Source: a virus
Lineage: Duplodnaviria; Caudoviricetes
Strand: one strand, 5' to 3'
IMG/VR virus record: IMGVR_UViG_2935269657_000002
Span: 6,046 to 70,045 of that record
DNA: 64,000 nt
Below are positions 55,997-64,000 of this stretch, piece by piece; the first letter of the stretch is position 1; the number at the start of each line of letters is the position of its first letter. A program made the position numbers and the translations under genes. The notes below the pieces were generated by a model that saw nothing but the letters and a program-made list of their open reading frames with translations, ran no database searches and had not been told where the DNA came from.

Positions 55997-56770
55997 ATGT
56001 CTGGAGTCGTCTTGGCCTCGCCCATGTCTGCTGACCAGTTCCTCAAGGCTCTTCGGGACGAAGGCGTGACCGTCGTCGAGGTCGGCGACTGGGAGCACCA
56101 CAACCGCAACCACAAAGGCCCCTGGGGCCCCGTCCACGGCGTGGTGATCCACCACACGGTGACGTCGGGCAGCCGGCGCACGGTGGAGATCTGCCGCGAC
56201 GGCTTCGCCTCGCTGCCCGGCCCGCTGTGCCACGGCGTCATCACCAAGAACGGCCGCGTCCACCTCGTGGGCTACGGCCGCGCCAACCACGCGGGCCTGG
56301 GTGACGACGACGTCCTCCAGGCCGTCATCAACGAGACGCCGCTGCCGCCGGACAACGAGGCGAACACCGACGGCAACCGGCACTTCTACGGCTTCGAGTG
56401 CGAGAACCTCGGCGACGGCCGCGATCCGTGGCCGGCCGTCCAGCTCGACGCCATCGCCCGCATCTCGGCGGCGATCTGCCGTCACCACGGCTGGACGGAA
56501 CGTTCCGTCATCGGCCACCTGGAGTGGCAGCCCGGCAAGGTCGACCCCCGCGGCTTCGGCATGGACTGGATGCGGGGGCAGATCCGCGAGCATCTCGCGG
56601 CCAAGCCGGGCGGCGGCACGTACACGGTGAAGAAGGGCGACAGCCTCAGCTCCATCGCCAAGGCCAAGCTCGGCGACGCCACCAGATGGCGCGAGATCGC
56701 CGACCTCAACCACCTCCGCGATCCCGACGAGATCGCTGTCGGCCAGAAGCTCAAGCTCCCCAAGAAGTGA
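55997..56770 (+). CDS. Endolysin: N-acetylmuramoyl-L-alanine amidase plus LysM (start may be TTG at 56012)
   Basis: VIHHT, GRANHAG, GFECEN, IGHLEW..KVDP; YTVKKGDSLSSIA. Confidence 0.92.
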   Translation: MSGVVLASPMSADQFLKALRDEGVTVVEVGDWEHHNRNHKGPWGPVHGVVIHHTVTSGSRRTVEICRDGFASLPGPLCHGVITKNGRVHLVGYGRANHAGLGDDDVLQAVINETPLPPDNEANTDGNRHFYGFECENLGDGRDPWPAVQLDAIARISAAICRHHGWTERSVIGHLEWQPGKVDPRGFGMDWMRGQIREHLAAKPGGGTYTVKKGDSLSSIAKAKLGDATRWREIADLNHLRDPDEIAVGQKLKLPKK

Positions 56771-56777
56771 GGCACCC

Positions 56778-57125
56778 ATGAAGATCTTCGGCAGAGAGCC
56801 CGCTCTCGTCATCGCCACCATCAGCGCCGGACTGTCCCTGCTCGTGTCCTTCGGCTTCGACGGCCTCTCGGCGGAGCAGGCCGCTGCGATCATCGCCGTC
56901 ATCTCCGCCGTGTTCGCTGCGGCCACGGCGGCCATCACCCGCCCGATCGCGCCGTCAGCGTTCACGGGCCTCGCCGCTGCGGGCTTCGCGCTCCTGGCGG
57001 CCTACGGCCTCGACGTCTCCCAGGAGACCGTGGGTGCCGTCAACGCGGTTATCCTCGCCGTGCTGGGACTGCTGACCCGTGGCCAGGTGTCGCCGGCCAC
57101 GCCCACTGTCCGCCCGGTGGTGTAG
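56778..57125 (+). CDS. Holin
   Basis: MKIFGREPAL, multiple TM helices, TRGQVSP; follows the endolysin. Confidence 0.8.
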   Translation: MKIFGREPALVIATISAGLSLLVSFGFDGLSAEQAAAIIAVISAVFAAATAAITRPIAPSAFTGLAAAGFALLAAYGLDVSQETVGAVNAVILAVLGLLTRGQVSPATPTVRPVV

Positions 57126-57569
57126 ATGCCGCGCCGCGCGGCCAGCGGGCTGCGCAGGCGGCTCGGCCGCCGCGGCGCCTTCCTGCTGATCATCGGCACG
57201 GGCAAGGCCTGCTGGGGCGCGAGCTTCCTCGCCGACCCGCCGCCCACGCAGGGCCTGCGACTGCTGACGAACCTGTGCGACATCCGGCACTGGGCATGGC
57301 TGTGGATCGGCGCCGGGATCATCACCGGCGGCTCCGCGTTCCTGCGCGTCGGCCGTGACTGGGCCGGCTTCGTCGCGGCGCTGCTTCCCCCCACCGTGTG
57401 GGCGACCGCCTACACCGTTGCCGCGATCTCCGGCGACTACTCCCGTGGCGGCTACGTCGCCGTCTGGTACCTGACCTCCCACGTCGGGGTCATTCTGTGG
57501 GCGGCCACGGTGCCCGAGCATTCGGTCCCTCACGTGCCGAGAGCCGCCAGGAGAGGCGGCGCACCGTGA
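57126..57569 (+). CDS. Lysis-cassette membrane protein
   Basis: Four TM helices; LGRRGAFL. Confidence 0.7.
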   Translation: MPRRAASGLRRRLGRRGAFLLIIGTGKACWGASFLADPPPTQGLRLLTNLCDIRHWAWLWIGAGIITGGSAFLRVGRDWAGFVAALLPPTVWATAYTVAAISGDYSRGGYVAVWYLTSHVGVILWAATVPEHSVPHVPRAARRGGAP

Positions 57570-57925
57570 CGGTGTGGGCAGGAATCGTGGCCGTGATCGG
57601 AACCGTGGGCATGGTCGTCGCCGGGCTCTTCGCGGCGCGGGCCACGACACGGGCCGCTGCTGCGACGGCGGAGGCTACGCAGGCGGCAGCCCGGGTGCAG
57701 GCGGAGCCGAACCAGCGGGCCGAGGACCGGGCCGCGTTCGATGCGATCAAGACGGAGTTGCGGCAGGAACTCACCTCCACCCGCGAAGAGGTCCGGTCGC
57801 TCAGGTCGCTCGTCCGCGCGTTCGCCTGGTACGTGGGGGAGCTGACGACGCAGATGCGCGGGCACGGCATCGAGCCCCCCGCGCCGCCGTCGCGCGTCGA
57901 CGAGTACAACCGCACAGGAGTGTGA
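57566..57925 (+). CDS. Membrane-anchored coiled-coil lysis-cassette protein
   Basis: N-terminal TM helix, coiled coil, GIEPP. Confidence 0.7.
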   Translation: MTVWAGIVAVIGTVGMVVAGLFAARATTRAAAATAEATQAAARVQAEPNQRAEDRAAFDAIKTELRQELTSTREEVRSLRSLVRAFAWYVGELTTQMRGHGIEPPAPPSRVDEYNRTGV

Positions 57926-57927
57926 CC

Positions 57928-58080
57928 ATGCCAGACCCGCGCCCCATGGCCCGACGCGTCGACGACAGCGCCGCCGACATTACGAGCCTCGTCGACCTCG
58001 GCCTCGTCGAAGAGCCGCCCGAACCGAGCTACGAAGGGCTGTTCGTCGAGCCGGACATCCCACCGGAAGAGACAGCCTGA
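57928..58080 (+). CDS. Small acidic protein
   Basis: AGGAG RBS. Confidence 0.5.
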   Translation: MPDPRPMARRVDDSAADITSLVDLGLVEEPPEPSYEGLFVEPDIPPEETA

Positions 58081-58086
58081 ACAACT

Positions 58087-58184
58087 GCGCCCCGCCCCTC
58101 TGCTTCGGCAGGGGAGCGGGGCGCTTCGTCGTGTCCAGGGTAAGGTTCGGGGAGGTCCCCGCCTGTTAACGGCAGGCGGGGACT
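58087..58184. terminator. Two terminator hairpins at the convergence of the late operon and right arm
   Basis: GCGCCCCGC..GCGGGGCGC and GTCCCCGCCTG..CAGGCGGGGAC. Confidence 0.6.
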
Positions 58185-58186
58185 CC

Positions 58187-59080
58187 TCACTTCTCGTCTT
58201 CGCCCCACCCGATGGCCTCGACGCCGGACTGGTATCCATGCCCGGCCGAGACGACTCCGGTCGGCGCCCATCCGGCATCGATGAACTTGCGGGCCGTCTC
58301 GGCGGGCGCCCAGCGATCGCCGCGCTCCGGATCGGACATCCACCCGGCGAGTCCGTCAGCGGTTGCGAACACAGGACTGACGGGAGAGCCTTCGCTTACG
58401 GTCTCCCAGAGCTGCCAGCCTTCACCCTTGGGCGGGTCGGTGGGCTCCCAAGCCTCAGCCTCGGCGCGCTGCCCCTCGTACCTCTCCAGACTGGCGTGCC
58501 CCTTGCAGGTCGGGCACGTGTCGTCGATACCCTCGCGCTCGCAGCGGGCACGGATCACGATGCCCGCGTTGATGGCATCGTGGCCTAGACCGCTCAGGGA
58601 CCACTCGTTCACTTCGGCGGCCGTGGGCGTCACGGCCGGATCCTTGGCCTGCCAGCCCTTGCCGGGAACGAAGTCGCACATGAAGTCGTGCAGGCGTGAG
58701 CCTGCGACGAGAGAGTCGACGTCCGCCTGGTCGAGGTGGTGCATCCAACCGCTATTGAAGTGGTCGGCCAGCCGCTGCGCTTCGCGGGCGATGGCCGTCT
58801 CGCCCTCCCCGTAGAACTCCGGCGCGCTTGCGATGTTCCGTTCGGCGCGAGCACGGATTGCCGGGGTGTCCGGCCGCCACGGTGTCGATCCGGTGGTCGT
58901 GGGGTCGAACGGGATCTTGCCGTACCAGAGGTCGTACAGGTTCTGCGCTCGCGGCGCGTAGCCGTTCACGCAGTCGGGGCACTTCTCCTCGTCGAACCGG
59001 TCGGGCATCAGGAAGCCCTCCCAGACCTTGTTCAGCGGCCAGTCGAAGGTGAGCGGCACGCGGCGTACTTGTCGACTCAT
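58187..59080 (-). CDS. Conserved-looking phage protein with split CxxCxG motifs
   Basis: RRVPL.FDWPL..VW.GF, CPDC, CPTCKG, GWQLWETVSEGSPVSPVF. Confidence 0.8.
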   Translation of the reverse strand: MSRQVRRVPLTFDWPLNKVWEGFLMPDRFDEEKCPDCVNGYAPRAQNLYDLWYGKIPFDPTTTGSTPWRPDTPAIRARAERNIASAPEFYGEGETAIAREAQRLADHFNSGWMHHLDQADVDSLVAGSRLHDFMCDFVPGKGWQAKDPAVTPTAAEVNEWSLSGLGHDAINAGIVIRARCEREGIDDTCPTCKGHASLERYEGQRAEAEAWEPTDPPKGEGWQLWETVSEGSPVSPVFATADGLAGWMSDPERGDRWAPAETARKFIDAGWAPTGVVSAGHGYQSGVEAIGWGEDEK

Positions 59081-59090
59081 GGTCAGATCC

Positions 59091-59339
59091 TCACTTCTCG
59101 TCGGCGATGCGGATGTCGAGGCTGATGGCGTACACGCGGTCGCGGTCGGTGTCGTAGGAGCTGAACTTGTTGTGGAGCTCCTTCTCTGCCTCGTCTTTGT
59201 GGTCGTAGACGCCGTAGCTGTCCGCCTTGCCCTCGGTCTTGGCGGACAGGTAGGCGAGGGCCATGTCGCCCGCGCGCTCGGCAGACGTGGTGATGGCGTA
59301 GATGGTGCCGCTGATGCGGTCCGAGTGGACGATCGGCAT
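59091..59339 (-). CDS. Hypothetical protein
   Basis: GGAG RBS. Confidence 0.65.
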   Translation of the reverse strand: MPIVHSDRISGTIYAITTSAERAGDMALAYLSAKTEGKADSYGVYDHKDEAEKELHNKFSSYDTDRDRVYAISLDIRIADEK

Positions 59340-59341
59340 GC

Positions 59342-59533
59342 TCAACTCTCCTGGGTCAGGTCCGAGGTGCGGAAAGCCACGGGGAGTTGATCCTCGTCCT
59401 CGTCGAGAAGCACGGGACACTCCGCGAGGTACCCGTGGCCGCTCTTCACCGTGCCGAGCATTCCTGCCAGGCCCTCGACGTGCGGTGCCACTCGCACGCG
59501 GTCGCCTTCGCTGAACTCCGTTGTCACGGTCAA
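59342..59533 (-). CDS. Small SH3/KOW-like protein
   Basis: FSEGDRVRV..GMLGTV. Confidence 0.6.
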   Translation of the reverse strand: MTVTTEFSEGDRVRVAPHVEGLAGMLGTVKSGHGYLAECPVLLDEDEDQLPVAFRTSDLTQES

Positions 59534-59625
59534 CTCTCCTTGTTCGTGTGGTGTTTACGCACATGGTTGGTGACGCTGGCGGGGGGGGGCGCCGACGTAG
59601 CCGCGCGGGCACAGTTGCCAGCCTC

Positions 59626-59841
59626 CTACTTGCTGCGGTCGGTGGGCTCGATCCCGCGCGCACGGAGGGCGGAGTACAGGGTCGTGCGGGACAGTCCGGT
59701 GAGCCGCCCGAGTTCCCGGACGTTCTCCAGGCCGTCCCGCCACAACTCGGCGGCCACGTCCTTCAGGCGCACGGTGGCCAAGGCGCGCTCGTCGCGCAGT
59801 TCTTCGGCGCGGCGACTCAGCTTCTCGCGGTGCTCGGTCAC
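59626..59841 (-). CDS. Small HTH protein
   Basis: NVRELGRLTGLSRTTLY. Confidence 0.75.
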   Translation of the reverse strand: MTEHREKLSRRAEELRDERALATVRLKDVAAELWRDGLENVRELGRLTGLSRTTLYSALRARGIEPTDRSK

Positions 59842-60434
59842 TGCCCGGCCGCCACTCGCGCAGCGTTCGCCATGTCGTCCTCGGTCTGCGGCGTGCCGCC
59901 GCCGTTGACGAGGACGTAGATCGCCGCCTCCTCCTGCACCGTGGCCACTCGGGCGGTGGCGACCGTGAGGTGGGCCCGGTTGGCGAAGTGCCGCTGACGG
60001 GGAAGCGCCAGGCCGCTCCATCGCACGTAGGGCCCGTCGTCGGTGTCCTCGGTAGCGGTCACGTCGGCGGGGTTGAACCACGAGGCGGGCACGGCGAGTT
60101 CGCCGCCGAACCAGTCCTTGGCGGCGGTGATGCGCTGCCGGCCGTCGATGCAGGCATAGATGGCCTCGTCGCGCTCGGTCGGGTCGTAGCCGTTCGCGGC
60201 CTTCCATTCCGGGGTCGAGCGGTCGTTGAAGATGACGACGCCGGTCGGGGTTCCGGTGAGCCGCGACCGGACGAGGGCAATCTTCTGGTCCTCGGTCCAG
60301 ACTCGGCCGCGCTGATAGGGCGGGTTGAGGTCGAGACCGAACGACTCGCTGAACGAGCGGACGATCTCGCGGGCCTGGCGGTCGGCGGCGTTCAGGCTCA
60401 GGTGTTCGAGTGGGGCACTAGTCTGTCGCGTCAT
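59838..60434 (-). CDS. Stand-alone DUF262/ParB-like domain protein
   Basis: NPPYQRGRVW, CIDGRQRIT, VNGGGTP. Confidence 0.8.
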   Translation of the reverse strand: MTRQTSAPLEHLSLNAADRQAREIVRSFSESFGLDLNPPYQRGRVWTEDQKIALVRSRLTGTPTGVVIFNDRSTPEWKAANGYDPTERDEAIYACIDGRQRITAAKDWFGGELAVPASWFNPADVTATEDTDDGPYVRWSGLALPRQRHFANRAHLTVATARVATVQEEAAIYVLVNGGGTPQTEDDMANAARVAAGQ

Positions 60435-60449
60435 GTCCATCAAGCTACA

Positions 60450-60465
60450 TGTCCAGCAGTGGACA
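60450..60465. promoter_or_regulatory. Palindromic operator upstream of the DUF262-HTH operon
   Basis: TGTCCA-GCAG-TGGACA. Confidence 0.5.
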
Positions 60466-60552
60466 CGCAAGGGGAGGGTTAGCGCATAACGTTCCCTGAA
60501 GCGCGCCCAGTTGACCGTGAATCACTCTCGATAACATGCCATATCGCGGGAG

Positions 60553-60771
60553 TTATTTGGGGTGATTGTCCGACTCTCCGGAGTGCCGCGACTCGCCGTC
60601 GAGAGCACCCCGTTCGCGCCGTCGCCGGTTCACGTACCGGTGCAGGTCGCTCACGATGACGTCGGTCAGCGACCGCCCCTCCTCTTTCGCCTCTGTCATA
60701 GCGGCGGCCCAGAGTTCGTCGGGCACGCGGACGTTGCGCAGTGGCGTCTTGCCGGTGGCTGGCCTGGCCAT
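60553..60771 (-). CDS. Ribbon-helix-helix regulator
   Basis: TPLRNVRVPDELW.AA...GRSLTDVI. Confidence 0.8.
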   Translation of the reverse strand: MARPATGKTPLRNVRVPDELWAAAMTEAKEEGRSLTDVIVSDLHRYVNRRRRERGALDGESRHSGESDNHPK

Positions 60772-60787
60772 CTCTCCCCCTTGGGTG

Positions 60788-60892
60788 TGTAGGTACAGAA
60801 ACTAGCATCCATCTCGCCGGATGACTTGACAAGGTGTCCGCCTAGGCGCATTCTGTAGGTACAGAAACTGGCGTCGAGCAGGAGGTACAGAA
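60788..60892. promoter_or_regulatory. Divergent promoter region with repeated operator
   Basis: TGTAGGTACAGAAACT at 60788 and 60854; TTGACA(60826)-17 bp-CATTCT(60849). Confidence 0.7.
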
Positions 60893-61473
60893 TGACTCGC
60901 ACGATCAACTGGCCCACGCGTGAAGAGTGGCAAGCCAAGGCCGAGCAATCCGCGCAAACCAGTTGCTTCGCCCGTGAGCGCGTCAGCTCCGACCCCACCG
61001 ACTGGATCTCTGTCGACGAGATGACCGAAGGGCGGGAGCTGGCCGCCAAGCTGGTCCGCGCCACACGCATCGCCCTCGGAAAGGCTGGGCGCGCAGGTGA
61101 TCGACCCTCCCTGAACCAGTGGAACCGGGACGCACTCGACGAGTACGCCACCGTCGACGACGTCGCCTCCGGCTGGTGGCAGATCGCTCGCTACGCCCGC
61201 AGCGTCGACGTGATGCCCGAGGCGGCGGACCGCCTCACGACCCTCTCAGAGTCCATGCGGCAGAAGCGAGATGCCGCTGGCGAGGCCGCCGAGGAGCAGG
61301 CGGTTGCCAAGGCAGTCGCCGAGCGGGCTACGGACGAAGCCTGGGAGAAGGAGCTGAAGCGCCGGGCTCGCGTCGAGCGGGGGCCGCAGTTGACGACGAT
61401 CACGGTGCATGAAGACGGCAGCACCACCGTTAGCGAGCCGGTCCCGTTCCGCCCGCCGTGGCCGAGCTACTGA
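60892..61473 (+). CDS. Hypothetical protein
   Basis: GGAGG RBS; 193 aa. Confidence 0.7.
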   Translation: MTRTINWPTREEWQAKAEQSAQTSCFARERVSSDPTDWISVDEMTEGRELAAKLVRATRIALGKAGRAGDRPSLNQWNRDALDEYATVDDVASGWWQIARYARSVDVMPEAADRLTTLSESMRQKRDAAGEAAEEQAVAKAVAERATDEAWEKELKRRARVERGPQLTTITVHEDGSTTVSEPVPFRPPWPSY

Positions 61474-61556
61474 ACAGCGTGACCCCGAATGTGGCGATGC
61501 CCCGGCTGAAGGAAGCAGCCGGGGCATCGCCCGTACCGTACCTGACTGGAGAGCCC

Positions 61557-62576
61557 ATGACCGACCTCGTCCCCCACCAGCCGGACGCCACCCCTGCCGT
61601 CTACGACGCGGCGACGCTCGCCGTCCTGGCCGCCATGGAAGAAGCCGCCGAGAAGCACCTCGACGCCATCCGCCCCCACAACACGAAGCGCGGCTACGCC
61701 AACGACTGGGCGCTCTGGGAGGAGTTCCACGACTGGCTCGGCGAACGCACCGGTCACCGGATCGCGTCGACCAACGTCACCAAGGGCACGCTCGTCGGGT
61801 TCGTCGTCTGGCTCGACACTATCAAGCTCGCCGCACCCAACAGCATCGACCGCCGCATCACCGGCGTCACCGTCACCGCCCGGAACGAACACGGCGTCGA
61901 AGTCCCCAAAGCCGCAACCGCCGCCGCCCGGCAGGCGCTCAAGCCGCTCAAGAACGACCCCGAACGCATGGCGCGCGGACGCGGGAAGGCTGCCGCAGTC
62001 ACCCCCGGCCAGCTGCGACAGATGAACGCCGCCGTCGCCGACGGGCTCACCGGACTCCGCGACCGCGCCCTCTGGCTCATGGCCTTCGGCATCGCCGGAC
62101 GCTCAGCCGAAGTCGCCGCGCTGCGAGCCGAGTCCGTCGCCCACGTCAGCCAGGGACTCGAAGTCCACGTTCCAGCCGTGAAGGGCCGCCCACCCCGGGA
62201 CGTCGTCGTCAGCTACGGCAAGAACGCCGACACCTGCCCCGTCCGCGCCTGGCTCACCTGGCGCGCCGCCTCCGGGGTCACCGCCGGACCTGCCTTCCTG
62301 CCCATCGACGTCTGGGGCCACATAGGCGACCACGCCCTATCCGCCGAAGCCTGCCGCGAGATCATCGCCCGCAACGCCGAACGAGCAGGCCTCACCGTCC
62401 GACTCACCGGACACTCCATGCGAGCCGGATTCATCACCACCTCTCGACGCGCAGGGAAGCGCGAGGAGAAGATCCGCGCCCAGTCCGGCCACGCAGAGAA
62501 CAGCCCCGCCTTCTGGGGCTATATTCGCGAGGCTGACAAATGGACCGACGCCGCGAGCGAGGACATCGGGCTCTGA
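61557..62576 (+). CDS. Tyrosine recombinase (Cre/Xer-like, no obvious arm-binding domain)
   Basis: RDRAL..GRSAEV, HSMRAG, SGH, GYIR catalytic pattern. Confidence 0.9.
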   Translation: MTDLVPHQPDATPAVYDAATLAVLAAMEEAAEKHLDAIRPHNTKRGYANDWALWEEFHDWLGERTGHRIASTNVTKGTLVGFVVWLDTIKLAAPNSIDRRITGVTVTARNEHGVEVPKAATAAARQALKPLKNDPERMARGRGKAAAVTPGQLRQMNAAVADGLTGLRDRALWLMAFGIAGRSAEVAALRAESVAHVSQGLEVHVPAVKGRPPRDVVVSYGKNADTCPVRAWLTWRAASGVTAGPAFLPIDVWGHIGDHALSAEACREIIARNAERAGLTVRLTGHSMRAGFITTSRRAGKREEKIRAQSGHAENSPAFWGYIREADKWTDAASEDIGL

Positions 62577-62693
62577 ACGCAAAGGTGCGGCCACCGAGGT
62601 CCCGAAGGACTCCACCGAAGTGGCTGCGAACTCAAGTGGCCGCCCGTTCACGGTACGCGCGCTGCGTCTCCGTGTCAGCCGTCATGCACAAGC

Positions 62694-63035
62694 TCACTCC
62701 AGCACCCCGAGTGCGGTGTCGGGGCGGCAGTGCAGGCAGGCCCGCACGCCGTCCGCCAGGGCGTGCCGCGCCTCCTGCTCGCTGACCGGCCGCCGTCGTT
62801 TCCCGGCTGCGTGGCAGTCGCCGCGGTGGACTTCGATGGGGGGGCCGCCGTTACCGATGCCGCGCTCGATGATCCAGTCGGGGGTGGGCGGTCTGTGCTG
62901 TTCGCCGCGCCGCTGTTCGGCCTGGCGCTGTTCTTCCTCGGCGATCCAGCGTTCGACCTGGGCGAGCTGGTGGCGGAGGAAGCCTTCGATGGTGCGGAGC
63001 TTCTCCAGGCGCGACTGCGGACGTTCATCGGACAT
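62694..63035 (-). CDS. DUF6233-like protein
   Basis: VHRGDC...AR.AL..GVRAC.HCRPDTALG. Confidence 0.8.
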   Translation of the reverse strand: MSDERPQSRLEKLRTIEGFLRHQLAQVERWIAEEEQRQAEQRRGEQHRPPTPDWIIERGIGNGGPPIEVHRGDCHAAGKRRRPVSEQEARHALADGVRACLHCRPDTALGVLE

Positions 63036-63043
63036 GCGTTCGA
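63028..63043. promoter_or_regulatory. LexA (SOS) box
   Basis: TCGGAC-ATGC-GTTCGA, one mismatch to the actinobacterial consensus TCGAAC-N4-GTTCGA; overlaps the start codon. Confidence 0.65.
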
Positions 63044-63138
63044 GTCTACGGGTATCGGCCATGCCCGCGGCCTCGCCGGAGTGATGCCCGGCGGGGCGAC
63101 CTGCCGCCAGGGCGCGAGGCAGGGGGTCTGGCGCGCGC

Positions 63139-63348
63139 TCAGGCCGCGTCGCTCTCCGGCTCCGGATGCCGCACCAGCTTCTTCAGCTCGGTCTCGACGG
63201 CGAGCCGCGATTCCCCGGACTCGGCGGCGAACGCGACGATCGCAGCCTGCACGGCCTGCGCCGTCTCTACGGTCAGCTCGCCCCGCTGGATCGCCTCCCA
63301 GGCGGAACGTTCCAGCGCAATCAGGTCAGCGGGGAGTTCGATAGCCAC
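63139..63348 (-). CDS. Small hypothetical protein
   Basis: 69 aa, coding-like. Confidence 0.65.
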   Translation of the reverse strand: MAIELPADLIALERSAWEAIQRGELTVETAQAVQAAIVAFAAESGESRLAVETELKKLVRHPEPESDAA

Positions 63349-63522
63349 GACGGGATCATAGAACGTTCACGCATCGCCTGCGGTGGCGCCGCTCCGAGGC
63401 GTATTTTGGAGGCCCGGCAAGGCGTGCACGCCGGAGCCCAGCGTCCAGGGGACGTAGCGGCCAAGGTCTCTCGGGGCCCACGCAAAACACCCCGCCCCCT
63501 CGTTGGGGCGGGGTTTTCCACG

Positions 63523-63702
63523 TCAGGCAGCCTCCACGACCTCGCCGCGTACCGCTGCCGCCCACTCCACGACGAGCAGCTCATACCGGGCCCGCTGCTC
63601 CGTCGACAGGCGCACCGCAGGGTGCGGCCACAACTCGCGGATCTCGTCGTTCACGACGGCCGCGGACCGTGCGGAACCACGAACCGGGGGAGTGGGGATC
63701 AT
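63523..63702 (-). CDS. Small hypothetical protein
   Basis: RSAAVVNDEIR.L...Y..L..EW..A. Confidence 0.65.
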   Translation of the reverse strand: MIPTPPVRGSARSAAVVNDEIRELWPHPAVRLSTEQRARYELLVVEWAAAVRGEVVEAA

Positions 63703-63766
63703 GCCCAGAAGTCTAGGCGCCGGGTCTGACAGCGCCCAGGACGCGGACGCGACCGGCATATGACGA

Positions 63767-64000
63767 TCAGTCGTCGGCGACGAACGTCCCGAGCCCGACC
63801 TCGGCCCGCACCAGGCCCTCGGCCTTGAGGTGAGCGAGCACCTTCTGCGCCGTGGACGCGGCCACCCCGAACTCGGTCGACAGCTCGACGACCGACGGCA
63901 CACGGGAGCCCGCCGGATAGGTGCCGTCCTCGATGCGCCCGATGACGATCGCGGCGACCTGCCGCCAGATCGGACGCGTCCGGTCAAGATCAGTACTCAC
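63767..64000 (-). CDS. GntR-family winged-helix regulator (HTH only)
   Basis: PIWRQVA..I..G.YP.G.RVPS..EL..EFGV, GLGTFV. Confidence 0.88.
   Translation of the reverse strand: MSTDLDRTRPIWRQVAAIVIGRIEDGTYPAGSRVPSVVELSTEFGVAASTAQKVLAHLKAEGLVRAEVGLGTFVADD

Larger units (their letters stand above)
1..64000. mobile_element. Temperate siphovirus-like prophage (ends not visible in window)
   Basis: Ordered replication, packaging, head, tail and lysis modules; no host housekeeping genes recognised; att sites not identified. Confidence 0.93.

Noticed and set aside
63767-64000. GntR protein as the TraR/KorA repressor of traB
   Set aside because: More than 36 kb away, HTH-only, and a closer divergent repressor with operator-like sites exists

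Overview
High-GC actinobacterial DNA (gene families and codon usage point to Streptomyces). Almost the whole window looks like one temperate siphovirus-type prophage whose left end (integrase and primary repressor) lies outside the window. Gene order: recombination and replication (beta-clamp-like protein, RecE/RecT-like pair, initiator containing an iteron-like array, DnaC-like ATPase); many small early genes plus a DNA methyltransferase; an accessory block (GIY-YIG protein, candidate toxin-antitoxin pair, antirepressor, XRE regulator, XRE-HTH/peptide-deformylase fusion); a ~9.7 kb Streptomyces-type mycelial conjugation module (divergent small repressor, KilB-like, Spd-like membrane proteins, FtsK/TraB translocase, clt-like repeat array) with no Rep or integrase of its own; a putative late regulator; a fibre cassette upstream of terminase; HNH, terminase, head, tail and lysis genes; and a right arm (DUF262-like protein, RHH regulator, tyrosine recombinase, DUF6233-like gene with an SOS box, GntR). 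The strongest novelty candidate is a virion-forming prophage that may also spread by TraB-dependent hyphal conjugation. All family assignments come from motif recognition by eye, not from database searches.
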